In this document: positions 35,141-47,518 of the stretch, piece after piece
Position numbering within the stretch: the first letter of the stretch is position 1
Layout: each line of letters opens with the position of its first letter
Assembly (NCBI RefSeq): GCF_023055435.1
Contig: NW_025964057.1
Span: 1,736,001 to 1,800,000 of the forward strand
Direction of reading: 5' to 3'
Origin: Haliotis rufescens
Taxonomy: Eukaryota
Length of the DNA: 64,000 bases
The notes under the pieces: model-generated
Seen by the model: only the letters and a program-made list of their open reading frames with translations
The model's database searches: none
Told to the model about the DNA's origin: nothing
Translations under genes and position numbers: made by a program

Positions 35141-35776
35141 TGTCAGCAAATCAAATCAATGTATAGCTGTCATGTTGACAATGTATTAGACTATTGGGAG
35201 ACGCATGATATTCACAATCTTATCTTTCACAAAAAGCTAGAAGTTATTGTCCGGTCGCAAGCGTTTATCCTGCCGGAACGTGCTAACATTAATATTCTTT
35301 TTATCAGCATCATGCGAATACAACCACATGGGTAAATGTGGAGCCAGATCCGACGTTTATTAATAACCCTTAAATATAGCAGACTAATTCTTGATGGCCA
35401 CTTGTAGGACATCAATGGTGAACTGAATGTCACAATGATACCTGCAAATGGATGGAAATGGGTAATAATTTATATTTTATAACTTATATATAAGAGTGCG
35501 ATCGTATTATTTTCGATTCATCCTATCACATTTCATAATGAGACGTGCATAAATTGCTGACTCTCGTGACATTTTAATCCTACTCAACCACCTACAGCTC
35601 AAAGTTAAGTCTAGATTCTCACTGTTACATAAAGGTGCACATTGCGTTGAGGCGTAATATACTTCCTCGTACACAACCAGTTGTTGAGCTGAGATACCTG
35701 TATCACCACCTGGCGGGGTAGACGTACTTGTGTGACAACATGGTGGATACTGCACCTGTCCTCGTCCTGTGTGTCC

Positions 35777-37958
35777 TGGCACTCCTCAACTCTACCGCGG
35801 AATCTAACAATGGTACGTTGGCTTCCCATTACTGTAGATCTCTGCTCTCGCACTCCTAACAATGGTACGTTGGCTTCCCAGTACTGTAGATCTCTGCTCT
35901 CGCACTCCTAACAATGGTACGTTGGCTTCCCATTACTGTAGATCTCTGCTCTCGCACTCCTAACAATGGTACGTTGGCTTCCCATTACTGTAGATCTCTG
36001 CTCTCGCACTCCTAACAATGGTACGTTGGCTTCCCATTACTGTAGATCTCTGCTCTCGCACTCCTAACAATGGTACGTTGGCTTCCCATTACTGTAGATC
36101 TCTGCTCTCGCACTCCTAACAATGGTACGTTGGCTTCCCATTACTGTAGATCTCTGCTCTCGCACTCCTAACAATGGTACGTTGGTTTCCCATTACTGTA
36201 GATCTCTGCTCTCGCACTCCTAACAATGGTACGTTGGTTTCCCATTACTGTAGATCTCTGCTCTCGCACTCCTAACAATGGTACGTTGGCTTCCCATTAC
36301 TGTAGATCTCTGCTCTCGCACTCCTAACAATGGTACGTTGGCTTCCCATTACTGTAGATCTCTGCTCTCGCACTCCTAACAATGGTACGTTGGTTTCCCA
36401 TTACTGTAGATCTCTGCTCTCGCACTCCTAACAATGGTACGTTGGTTTCCCATTACTGTAGATCTCTGCTCTCGCACTCCTAACAATGGTACGTTGGCTT
36501 CCCATTACTGTAGATCTCTGCTCTCGCACTCCTAACAATGGTACGTTGGCTTCCCATTACTGTAGATCTCTGCTCTCGCACTCCTAACAATGGTACGTTG
36601 GTTTCCCATTACTGTAGATCTCTGCTCTCGCACTCCTAACAATGGTACGTTGGTTTCCCATTACTGTAGATCTCTGCTCTGGCACTCCTGACAATGGTAC
36701 GTTGGTTTCCCATTACTGTAGATCTCTGCTCTCGCACTCCTGACAATGGTACGTTGGTTTCCCATTACTGTAGATCTCTGCTCTCGCACTCCTAACAATG
36801 GTACGTTGGCTTCCCATTACTGTAGATCTCTGCTCTCGCACTCCTAACAATGGTACGTTGGCTTCCCATTACTGTAGATCTCTGCTCTCGCACTCCTAAC
36901 AATGGTACGTTGGCTTCCCATTACTGTAGATCTCTGCTCTCGCACTCCTAACAATGGTACGTTGGCTTCCCATTACTGTAGATCTCTGCTCTCGCACTCC
37001 TAACAATGGTACGTTGGCTTCCCATTACTGTAGATCTCTGCTCTCGCACTCCTAACAATGGTACGTTGGCTTCCCATTACTGTAGATATCTGCTCTCGCA
37101 CTCCTAACAATGGTACGTTGGCTTCCCATTACTGTAGATCTCTGCTCTCGCACTCCTAACAATGGTACGTTGGCTTCCCATTACTGTAGATCTCTGCTCT
37201 CGCACTCCTAACAATGGTACGTTGGCTTCCCATTACTGTAGATCTCTGCTCTGGCACACCTCAACACTACCGCGGAATCTAACAATGGTACGTTGGCTTC
37301 CCATTACTGTAGATCTCTGCTCTCGCACTCCTCAACTCTACCGCGGAATCTAACAATGGTACGTTGGCTTCCCATTAGTGTAGATCTCTGCTCTGGCACT
37401 CCTCAACACTACCGCGGAATCTAACAATGGTACGTTGGCTTCCCATTACTGTAGATCTCTGCTCTGGCACTCCTCAACTCTACCGCGGAATCTAACAATG
37501 GTACGTTGGCTTCCCATTATTGTAGATCTCTGCTCTGGCACTCCTCAACTCTACCGCGGAATCTAACAATGGTACGTTGGCTTCCCATTATTGTAGATCT
37601 CTGCTCTGGTACTCCTCAACACTACCGCGGAATCTAACAATGGTACGTTGGCTTCCAATTACTGTAGATCTCTGCTCTGGCACACCTCAACACTACCGCG
37701 GAATCTAACAATGGTACGTTGGCTTCCCATTATTGTAGATCTCTGCTCTGGCACTCCTCAACTCTACCGCGGAATCTAACAATGGTACGTTGGCTTCCAA
37801 TTACTGTAGATCTCTGCTCTGGCACTCCTCAACACTACCGCGGAATCTAACAATGGTACGTTGGCTTCCCATTACTGTTGATCTCTGCTCTGGCACTCCT
37901 CAACGCTACCGCGGAATTTAACGATGGTACGTTGGCTTCCCAATACTGTAGATCTCTG
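35777..37958. repeat. Two-part minisatellite: ~28 x 52-bp units, then ~10 x 71-bp units
   Basis: 52-mer aacaatggtacgttggcttcccattactgtagatctctgctctcgcactcct. The 71-mer adds caactctaccgcggaatct. Confidence 0.97.
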
Positions 37959-37994
37959 CAAAGGTACTTTTTTAGTTAAGGAAACGTATATTTC

Positions 37995-38265
37995 ACGGGT
38001 GACTCAGTCGTCTAGTGCGCCGCGATTCGCTGTGCAGAGTTGCGTCTCTTGGGCACGCCAGAAACCTATGATTGTGGGTTCGAATCCCGGTTCGCCCAGA
38101 TTATGTTACAAGGTTTGCCAGAACCAAACCTGTGCTCGTGGGTTTCACCGAAGTGGTAAACGTCTGAGATCACTTCGGGCTTTCCTCCCACATTTAGCTG
38201 ACACGCCGTGATGTAACTGGACTACAGTTAAAGCGGCACTAAACAGACCTCACCCACTCACTCAC
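37995..38265 (+). mobile_element. tRNA-Leu-like-headed SINE (family also at 52130 and 55018)
   Basis: gggtgactcagtcgtctagtgcgcc...gtgggttcgaatccc...cgggctttcctcccacat...(ctca)n tail. Confidence 0.85.
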
Positions 38266-39599
38266 ATTCATTGGGACTCCAGAGAAGCATCCGGTGCCCA
38301 AACTCTGTGATATACCCTGATTGGACTTGCCCAGGAAGCAAATATACAACTGTGACATTACAGACCGCGTCGTAAATCTACATTCACTGTCACAATACGT
38401 AGTTGCAATATATATGTGTAGTATGGGGTATGTGTTGGTGGCGCACACACAACACGAGGCTACTTGTAGGTTCAGATGGCAGCCATGTTTAATCAGAATG
38501 CATAATAACAATCATAATAATAAGCCCTGAAAATGTAACATAAACATAAGTCTTTTTAAAGAAAACCAAACAATATAGCTTTCGTAGTGATGACAAACAA
38601 TTATATGACTTCATATTATTTGCTAGCACATTAGCACTAGCATGAATAAATCCTTAATATATAATAAGGATCCTAAATCCTAAATAAATATTTGTGAATG
38701 CCATGTGAATACTTTACATTCACACAAAACAAACGTTTATTAGGATAACTAGAGTCTAGTTATTAGTTTGACAAATATACATAAACAAGAAACTAGTTTG
38801 TGAAAAACACATATACCGTTCCATATAAATTTACATTCTTCCCAATTTCGTAAATATAGACTATACTCAAAGACGTTGTCCATAATCTATGAGCCATGAC
38901 TCAATTCCCAGAAAAAAACAAAAAAAACAATACTTGTCCCACGCCTCACTTATAAATCCTAAGATGAACCTAGTGGAAACTCACTAACGTATAATACAAC
39001 GTATTCGACGTAATAAGCGCCCAGGGCGCTCTCAAAATTAGAAAAGAGGGGCGCTTATTAGAAAAAACAGAATTGAAAGATCGTAAAATTCGTGGTTTGG
39101 CGAACGCAGAAAACGACCTGTGTCCGTATTTTACGCTTTAGATATATATGTCTCGTACAAATAATACCATGTGCATTCTTGTACGTCTTAACTTAAAAAT
39201 GAACATATTTGTGAAATCGCAGCTCCACATTAACGATGATTAAAAAAAGATCAAGCAGGAAGTACCGGTTATCAGCAGGTAAATTTGAAAAATAAAATGT
39301 AAAGATCAGCTTTGTGTTTGTGATTTTGAAAAATAGATGTTATTGTGTGTTTGCTTATAAATATATGATATCCCACGTACGCATATGTTGTGACTCAATC
39401 ATACCCAATGCAAACTTCCTGGTGTAAATGAGAGTAGACTGTTTGTTGGCAAATGCATGCACAGTCTTGTGGATAGGTTTTCGCCACTCTGAATATATAC
39501 AAAGCTGTATAGATGCACTAAACGCCTATAACACACTGCCGGCTATGCGTAGCGATTCAGTGACAAAAAACTATCCACAAAAGTGTAAGGTGACTTCAA

Positions 39600-39842
39600 C
39601 ATTCCAATAGCCAATTTCCCTTTATGTCGAGCAATATCTCATAACATTACAGCCTTTTGTGTCGACATTTCAAAGCTTTGGGGTACTATCGAGAATGCTC
39701 TTTCGACGAGGATTACAAAGATCATCATATGACACTTGTTCAAAGGTTGTTTGGTCAGGTTGTTTGATCAGGTTGTTTGTTCAGGGTTACAACATTCAAT
39801 GCCTTTGTAAAGTTTACAAACGTGTAGAGTGATTTGTAGACA
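39600..39842 (+). mobile_element. Probable decayed Penelope-like element fragment (post-RT region)
   Basis: Heavily decayed; resembles the DF.F.I.NFP..SNI / QGY region of Penelope-like RTs and lies near the clearer fragment at 40760. Confidence 0.4.
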
Positions 39843-39849
39843 TATGGGT

Positions 39850-40017
39850 GAGTAAGTGAGTGAGTTTGATTTTATGCCGCTTTTAGCAATATTCCAGCAA
39901 TATCACGGCGGGGGACACCAGAAATGGGCTTCACACATTGTACCCATGTCGGGAATCGAACCCGGGTCTTCGGCGTGACGAGCGAACGCTTTAACCACTA
40001 GGCTACCCGACCACCCC
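39850..40017 (-). mobile_element. Short (~170 bp) tRNA-derived SINE, intact
   Basis: Minus strand ggggtggtcgggtagcctagtggttaaagcgttcgctcgtcacgccgaagacccgggttcgattccc (A and B boxes), tail gcggcataaaatcaaactcactcac. Confidence 0.88.
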
Positions 40018-40075
40018 TGTAGACAGGTGGATTACATGTCCATATTAGACGCATTAATGACAAAATGTTGTCCAA

Positions 40076-40353
40076 TGGAATCCCCTAGTTTCGCGAACAC
40101 CTGGTGTCATCTCCATGTGAAAGTTATTGATAAACACATGCTTCTGATATAGTCGGAGTTGTATAGTGGAATCCCCTAGTTTCGCGAACACCTGGTGTCA
40201 TCTCTATGTGAAACTTATTGATAAACACATGCTTCTGATATAGTCAGAGTTCTACAGTGGAATCCCCTAGTTTCGCGAACACCTGGTGTCATCTCCATGT
40301 GAAAGTTATTGATAAACACACGCTTCTGATATAGTCGGGGTTGTACAGTGGAA
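40076..40353. repeat. Tandem repeat, 91-bp unit x3
   Basis: tggaatcccctagtttcgcgaacacctgg at 40076, 40167 and 40258. Confidence 0.95.
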
Positions 40354-40759
40354 TCAGCGTTTTGCAGATATTTTTTATTATTATGTAAATGGTTTTGTCA
40401 ATGTTATTGTACTTACATGTATACGCCGTTACATTCACACACTAGTTTTTTAAAATTGTATCAACATTGAACATTAGAAATGATATATACGTTACCTTAC
40501 TGGGTTGGTATACTAGCGGACAAAATTAACTGTGCTTCATATAAAGTAATGTAAATGTTATGTTATTTAAAATATCAAAATAATGTTTGGTCATTGGTTA
40601 TAAGTGATTTATCACAACAAATTCATTGACAACTATCAACTCTCGGCTTGTTTCTTAAACCTGCCGATTTATATTTTGTTCTGGATTCCAAAGCTCCATA
40701 GAAATCCTCAAAGACAGATGTATTGCTGGGTCGAGCAAATGTACCACCAAATCCCATAA

Positions 40760-41084
40760 TCCTTATTACATTCAAGGGATGACTCTCTTTATAGTCATAA
40801 ATATTCGAGACAATTATTACGATGTGGATTCCCAAAACGCAAAGGATTTGTTTGACTTTCACAATCTCAGAAAAGACCAAGTTCCATTCTGTCAAAACAT
40901 TTGATTTTTCAACTTTGTACACCATTGTCCCACATGACAAACTTGACGAAAAACGACATCCCTTGAATCCATTGGGGCTTTTATTACAGTTACATATCTA
41001 TGTTTAGAGGTTCAGGGCAATTTGTCTAAATGAAAGCAAATGCAATCGGAAGTTTACTGAGAATGCTGAACTTCCTCATTGATA

Positions 41085-41088
<4 letters not shown>
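40760..41088 (+). mobile_element. Penelope-like element reverse transcriptase fragment
   Basis: MWIPK...VKTFDFSTLYTIVPHDKL (motif A, DFSTLYT.IPH) and downstream FLIDN. Confidence 0.75.

Positions 41089-41138
<50 letters not shown>
41088..41138. repeat. (GT)n microsatellite
   Basis: Directly visible. Compound GT/GCGT tracts also at 45105-45170 and 46278-46365; a GT/GA tract at 53826-53853. Confidence 0.98.
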
Positions 41139-41139
<1 letters not shown>

Positions 41140-41372
41140 GCTGCTTTTACTAGTCCAAACACGTTTGTGGCACACCCAAGTATGAAAGATATTTGTTCAC
41201 TACCCGCTCGATCTACCCGCTGAAAATAAATTTAACTAGTTGTGAATGGTTTTTATAAGCTCAAGAGCGCTCATTACCGCGAATACGGTTACAATGACAA
41301 ATGGCGCAAATGACGTCGTTAACAAAGTTGGGCTGAAAATGAAATTGTCGTTATTTACGTCTTCATTTTCAG

Positions 41373-41618
41373 CGACAGAAAAGATCATGTTCATAACAGA
41401 CAGTGGTGGGGGTCTAGAAGTCAATGGAAGTGTGTTCCGATGTGTCCTGGATGCAGGAGCTGGCTGCACGGTTCTCCCGATCTACACCCCCAACCCGCGG
41501 TGCCCCGTGTATGACCCTGTTGAGGACTATGTGTATTGGTCCGACTATGCTCTCCAGTCTGTTTGCAGAGTCAAGTCATCGGGAGACGACTACGAGACGT
41601 GGGTGAACGTGTCGAGGG
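41373..41618 (+). CDS. Type I receptor exon a: YWTD (LDLR class B)-like propeller
   Basis: ttttcag|CG ACA GAA...AGG G|gtaagc. Contains VYDPVEDYVYWSD. Phase 1-1. Confidence 0.88.
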
Positions 41619-42863
41619 GTAAGCATGTATATTTATTTTGTAGTGATGAAGTTGAACACTCAGCAACACCTACCTGCTGTCGTAGCTGCGTTATGGCGTC
41701 AAGTGCGACCCCACTACAGTTACTGAAAGTATTGCCTTTCCTGGTCATCATGGTCAATTTAGCCATGACTTTGTAATTCGCCCTGTCGGCATCGGTTCAG
41801 CTCCGTCAAGGAGTGATTGGTCTAAAGATGCTTACCCCAAATTGTCTCCATCAACATTCATACTCGCATAATATAGAAACGCAACACCAGCTTTATACTC
41901 ACATTGTTCTACTTACTCTCAGTCACCTATCAATACAGGACAAGATCAGACCGGCCAGACTCGAGCTTAGATCGATCGGGATTCGACTCAATCGATTGCA
42001 AACCGCGGTCTCCTCTCTTAAAGTTAAAAGGTATCATTTCATAGTGTTCGGGCCTGGCCTGTTTTTGTCACATGTCACGACACCTAATTTTGATTCGTTA
42101 AAAGTTAGATCTGACCATGAACTCATGTGTGTCGTAATCGAAAAAATACAGAAGCCTACGTGCCAGATTGATCATCTCTCTATTGATTTTGTGACTTACT
42201 CCGGATGCTACAAATGAAAAGCATCTTGCCTCTCTGCTTGTTTCATTAACTAATCGACGATAACATGGAACCAATCCAATGATAAATATGAAATGTCCTG
42301 AATACTCTTGTGATAAATGTGAAATGTCTTTTATCTATTATTCCTTTCAATCTGTCACAAACTTTGTATATCTAATGCAACTCATCATTGCAGCTATAAA
42401 CGGTTTTATTTGTTACCAATTTCTAATGTTTTTGAAACGCATATTAACCTTATAACACTACCTAACATGTTCAGTGAAAACACTCTTAACTGAGTACAGT
42501 CATGTTAAGGGCGATCAACCTTCAGATGGAATGAGCCATTATGTGTGTGTAAGGTGAGCTTGATAAACCATAAATATGTATCGGCACTGACCCCCCTACT
42601 CCCCCTCCCCCCCCCCCCCCCCCCCTACACACACACCCAACGTTTAAATCACAGCTACACTCTTCTTTCTATAAAAAAGCTATATTCCTTTGTAGCCATG
42701 GCAGTATTGTTCAGTGGGGTTACCCACGTTTGACCGTAAAATGCGAATGTTCTTAAATATAATATCTCCATATACAGGATAAACATAGATGCTATTCCTT
42801 GTGGCATATTTGGAAACATCGCCATAATATTTCCGTTAATAGTGTCAGCTTGATGGGTGGAGG

Positions 42864-43676
42864 GGTTATATCCCATTAGTTAGACGTCACATTAGTTAGA
42901 CGTGCCAATTATTAGACATTTTTATTTAGGCAAAGAGGGTATGTACCTACAGGTGTAATGGATCAGTCCTAATTAGATTGAAGTTCTGAGTTGGGATAGG
43001 GGACTCACAGTTTAGGGAGTATATATTTTACAATTTCGTTTAATTAAACCTAAATTACCTTACTCTCAGCACAGGTTCAATAGGCATGACATTAACTACG
43101 TAAACTGTGGAGTAGCTTAATTGTCTTACTGTATGATCAGTTGAAGGAGTCGAGTTTAGATTATCTACTCATCAAACAAATAAAAATGATCTTGATGTAC
43201 CTTTCATTATCAGTATAGATATGGCTGGTTTAAGGAAAGTAGAGTACATCACCTCTCGGGGTTGAAGTAAACAGTTTATATTAGATGGATATATTTACAA
43301 CAGAAACCGCGAGAGGCAAACCTGCACACATTGCAGATGTGTCGTCAAGACGTGCAATGGGAAATGTACGACTGTAGGTCAGTCTGGGAAAAATAAACTG
43401 TAAAAGTTATTAAATGTAAAGTGTTCATTACCAAAAATGTCACAAAGTGTTGTTACAAACTGTATAAAATTTATCAAATGTAAAGTGTCATTAAATGTTT
43501 AGTATAATATTAAAGTATCTATTTAGAGCTGCTTTGCTTTGTTTGTCAGATCTTATCTGGACTATTCCAGTTTAAAGTCTGGGGTAACAAGCATAAGGAT
43601 TAGTGTGCACTCAACCGTTTAAAGTGTTGTTATAAGCTGTCTAACTATTGGGACGTCTAACTAATGGGAGGACACC
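42864..43676. mobile_element. Non-autonomous TIR DNA transposon, same family as 15385-16065, intronic
   Basis: TIRs ggttatatcccattagttagacgtc / gacgtctaactaatgggaggacacc. Perfect TSD ggtggagg at 42856-42863 and 43677-43684. Confidence 0.85.
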
Positions 43677-43972
43677 GGTGGAGGGGTGAGGGAGCACAGT
43701 GATGTCACAGCTGGTACGTGATTGCCAAACTTATGGTGCTGTCAATCTATAATTGGGACGATTCTAGGATTCGACCCCAATATCATAGAGGATTGTGGAA
43801 CGCCCCCTGTACCATACACTCAAAGCATAATTGTGCCTGATCTCCAAAGGATATATTAGTGTAAAGGATACTTTAAGTTGTGGATTTCATTTTGTCTTTT
43901 TTTTCATTGTGACGGGTATATGATTTGTTTCCCTTCTGGAATATACGTTTGAGTTCACATTGTGCTTTTTAG

Positions 43973-44141
43973 GTTTATATGGAATGGCCCTTGATTCTCA
44001 ACTGAGGACAATCTTCGTTTTTGAGCTCTCTCAAAATGGAAAATCCTCCTTGTGGAAGGTAACCATGGATACACAGATACTGACAGAGGTTCCGATTGAA
44101 AAATCATCAGTATGGGGAATAGCAACCGACACTCAAAACAA
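43973..44141 (+). CDS. Receptor exon b: propeller blades
   Basis: tttttag|GT TTA TAT GGA ATG GCC CTT GAT...AAC AA|gtaaga. LYGMALDSQLRTIF and VWGIATD. Phase 1-2. Confidence 0.88.
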
Positions 44142-44268
44142 GTAAGAATTGAAGTCATCTGAAACTGAAATCAATAGATTCAAGTTGCCATGGTACAATA
44201 TATTAACAGTTTCGTAAGCAAACTCTAACGCGCGGCCTACAGTCGAAGTACCGTGTTTTACATTGCAG

Positions 44269-44387
44269 GAAGCTGTTTCTAGCATTTGCTACAAAAATCA
44301 CGATGATGAATTACGACGGGACTGAGTATGTCACCCTACTTAACAAAAAGACTGGGAACCATTTCGGGATGATGTTTGACAAAGAAG
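44269..44387 (+). CDS. Receptor exon c: propeller blade
   Basis: ttgcag|G AAG CTG TTT...GAA G|gtaagt. KLFLAFATKITMMNYDGTEYVTLLNKKTGNHFGMMFDKE. Phase 2-1. Confidence 0.87.
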
Positions 44388-44883
44388 GTAAGTATACATG
44401 TTTGGTGTTGTCATGTACTCATTCGTATGACGTTGACGATTATCCTGTCGTCGTCTGTCAACAACTTCGGATCTGAAATCCAATGATCATGACAAATGAT
44501 GTTTTACATCTTTGACAGATTTTGAATTTTTTTTATTGAATCCATAAAGATGAGACATGGCGTTCGTGTTTTTTGACAATGGTAATACCGGAACCTGTCA
44601 CCAGTTTTTATTCTTTCAAAGATGTTATTCAAAAATAATAGTTTCCTCTGAAACAGATGGATTGATGAAACAAAGCAGGGATACATATTTCGACATGAGT
44701 GTTGGATTCTCATCTACTCATTCCTATTTTAAGGAAATAAAAATCATCTAAACATTTCTACAAATCCTCACTGCAAGACCAAGAAATACGATTTTTCAGG
44801 TTTCTAAAGGCTATTTGTGTGAAGTGTTGCTTGGTAATTAACTAAATACTGTACAAGTGAAATGCGGCCAATTTCTGTCACAG

Positions 44884-45034
44884 GCCACAGATTGTATTAC
44901 GCTGACACTGGAGCGCGCACCTTGGGTTCTCTGGACGTGGAGACAAATGAAACCACTGTTTACAGTAACGACACTGTATATCTGTCTGTTCATCAGTTCG
45001 AAGGTGTTCTGTACGCTGGGCCGTTTTGGGACAG
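44884..45034 (+). CDS. Receptor exon d: propeller blades
   Basis: tgtcacag|GC CAC AGA TTG TAT TAC GCT GAC...GAC AG|gtaggt. HRLYYADTG. Phase 1-2. Confidence 0.87.
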
Positions 45035-45697
45035 GTAGGTAGATAGTGAATTGGTTGTGTATTGTTTATTAGGTTGTATTTTGCCACAATACTGATGTAT
45101 GTATGCATGTGTGTGTGTGTGTGTGTGTGTGCGTGTGCGTGCGTGCGTGCGTGCGTGCGTGTGTGTGTGTGCTTTCTCTGAATGATGCACTCTGTTATAA
45201 CTCGCGATAACCCTTTAACTTAATAATCTTGTTAACACAGCCAGAACGATGTTGGAAACTGGCAATAAATCCGACAGGTAACCAACTCACATTTGGCAAG
45301 TAGATGAAATACAAGTTAGGTCGAAAAGGCCTAGAGAGCCCCTTGTGTCGCTCTTATATGGATACAGCTCAGCTAGCCTTCAAGAAACTGTCCCAACTCG
45401 AAACCTCTGGGACGATCAAGCCGCTCATGTTTAAATTTTGGGTTTGTAATTCTAATCCTACTTCCACTACAACACTCGACATTTTACGAGCGTTTCAGTC
45501 ATTTGCTGCCACTTAGATCACTGCAAATACATTGTCAATGAGCCAATGAAGGAAAACACTACTATTCATTGAGCGCGCTTTATGTAATATCAATTGTATC
45601 ACAACATATTTAGAAGGTAATGTTGTACCTCACGTTTCACAAGCAAAGACAGAAAATATTGTCATGCCTTGCCTTGCCTCTTTAAATTTTGTTACAG

Positions 45698-45801
45698 AGG
45701 GAGAGTAGATGAAATTCCGGGAGGCTGTGGACCACGCTCTTATGTCTACTTTAACGCATCAATTGCTGGGGGCATACGTGCTACTGTTTTCAGGAAATAT
45801 G
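45698..45801 (+). CDS. Receptor exon e: end of propeller
   Basis: gttacag|A GGG AGA GTA...TAT G|gtaaag. GRVDEIPGGCGPRSYVYFNASIAGGIRATVFRKY. Phase 2-1. Confidence 0.8.
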
Positions 45802-45967
45802 GTAAAGATATTTTAAGTAGCATCCAGTAAAGCGGATAATGTACAAGTGCAGACAGCAGAGGACATACATTGACAACTTAAACATTGAGTATGGAATTAC
45901 TGTAGATACTGTATATCTCTGTCCCGAACACAATGATTGCCTGACATATCAATTCATCTTACAACAG

Positions 45968-46105
45968 GCTGTTCCTCTGGATGGTATGGTCGGATGTGCA
46001 ACCGAGAATGTGGGAAATGCTTCAATGGAAGTACATGTGATGACGTCGCTGGCTTTTGTGCTGCAGGGTGCGACACTGGCTGGATTGGCGACACCTGCAC
46101 AACTG
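45968..46105 (+). CDS. Receptor exon f: EGF/laminin-type (MEGF10/SREC-like) repeat
   Basis: acaacag|GC TGT TCC...ACT G|gtgtgt. CSSGWYGRMCNRECGKCFNGSTCDDVAGFCAAGCDTGWIGDTC. Confidence 0.92.
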
Positions 46106-46279
46106 GTGTGTATGCAATGTCTTGAGTAAATGACGAAGCGGGTTATTGTACAATAAAACACTGCAGATATCAACATTATTAACAATCTCCCTTAGGATGT
46201 CAACAAAATGTACAAGCCTTCAAAATATGTGCCTGATCTCGGGAATGTCTGACCAGTCCATTTCATGAACATGGTTAGT

Positions 46280-46356
<77 letters not shown>

Positions 46357-46579
46357 TGTGTGTGTTTAGTTTGGCATTTCCTGAATATTCGCATAATTCT
46401 CACGGCGATGAAATGTATCTCTTCTCCCTGAAGAGATTACCATATCTCGCCAACTTTTGGATGCAATCGTTTGGCCATTGCGTTTATCAGCGTTGCCTAG
46501 CTACATTCATGTCTCCAATCAAAACGTCGAAATCCAGATTATTTGATTAGTTACCTTCGTGTGTCGTGAAATGGTCTCC

Positions 46580-46803
46580 GAAACCCCTAAAAATTCGGGT
46601 TAGAATAGGTCTTCAGCAACCCATGCTTGTCGTAAGAGGCGACAAACAGGATCGGATGGTCGAACTCACTTACTTGGTTGATGCATGTCATTGTATCCCA
46701 GTTGCGTGGATCGACGCTCATGATATCAGTCAATGGATTGTCTGGTCCAGGCTACTTACAGACCGCCGTCATATAGCTGGAATGCGGCAAAAGCAAACAA
46801 ACC
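46580..46803 (+). mobile_element. SINE-like interspersed repeat, ~230-270 bp
   Basis: cgggttagaataggtcttcagcaacccatgcttgtcgtaagaggcgac...ttgtctggtccag...ccgccgtcatatagctggaat. Inverted copy at 63725; pieces at 3338 and 51265. Confidence 0.8.
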
Positions 46804-47269
46804 TGAAGAGTGTAAACATCTATTTACATGCCTCCGTTACTTAGATTGAACAGGTCATACTTACGCAAACAACTCCTTGTTCTTTCATATCTTGAAGACG
46901 GATTCTATTCCAGACAGATGTTTAAGTAACGGGATAGGCAATTCAGGGAAAACCAAGACGAACATGATGATAAGATGATTAAGACATTGCCATGTGTTTG
47001 ACAAATGGAATTAACGGTTCATCATGCCGGGTACTCACGAGGTCGTCCTTAATTGTTTGTATGAATGTATAGTTAAAGCAGAGTGTGGAACAATCTGTTT
47101 CTGTCCTCTAGAAAGTTCTAGGATAATGTCGACGATGTTCACCACTGGATCGGATTATAACTACTTCTTCCAGAAACTAAACAGTTAGCATATGTGGTTA
47201 CTTAGATGTTTCTTATTTCAACTTATCATATATAATAACTAATATATATAACCGCTTTGTCATTGATTT

Positions 47270-47376
47270 GTAGCTACACATGACGTATTTGTATTTACAA
47301 ATGACGTATTTGTAGCTACACATGACGTATTTGTATTAACACATGACATATTTGTAATTACACATGACGTATTTGT
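47270..47376. repeat. Short tandem repeat, 21-bp unit x5
   Basis: atttgtagctacacatgacgt variants, directly before the exon g acceptor. Confidence 0.85.
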
Positions 47377-47383
47377 TTGAAAG

Positions 47384-47518
47384 TATGTCCAAAGGGTACC
47401 TACGGTGAGAGCTGCAGAAACCTATGTGACCAGTGTGCTGATGGCGCCCCTTGTCATCCTGCTACGGGCACCTGTCAGGCTGGAAACCTGGAGAATTGGA
47501 GAGAAGTATGTCATGAAG
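47384..47518 (+). CDS. Receptor exon g: second, partly degenerate EGF repeat
   Basis: tttgaaag|TA TGT CCA...GAA G|gtataa. CPKGTYGESCRNLCDQCADGAPCHPATGTC. Confidence 0.9.

Noticed and set aside
35777-37958. CRISPR-like array
   Set aside because: No unique spacers, no cas genes, eukaryotic context. The same applies to the other arrays.
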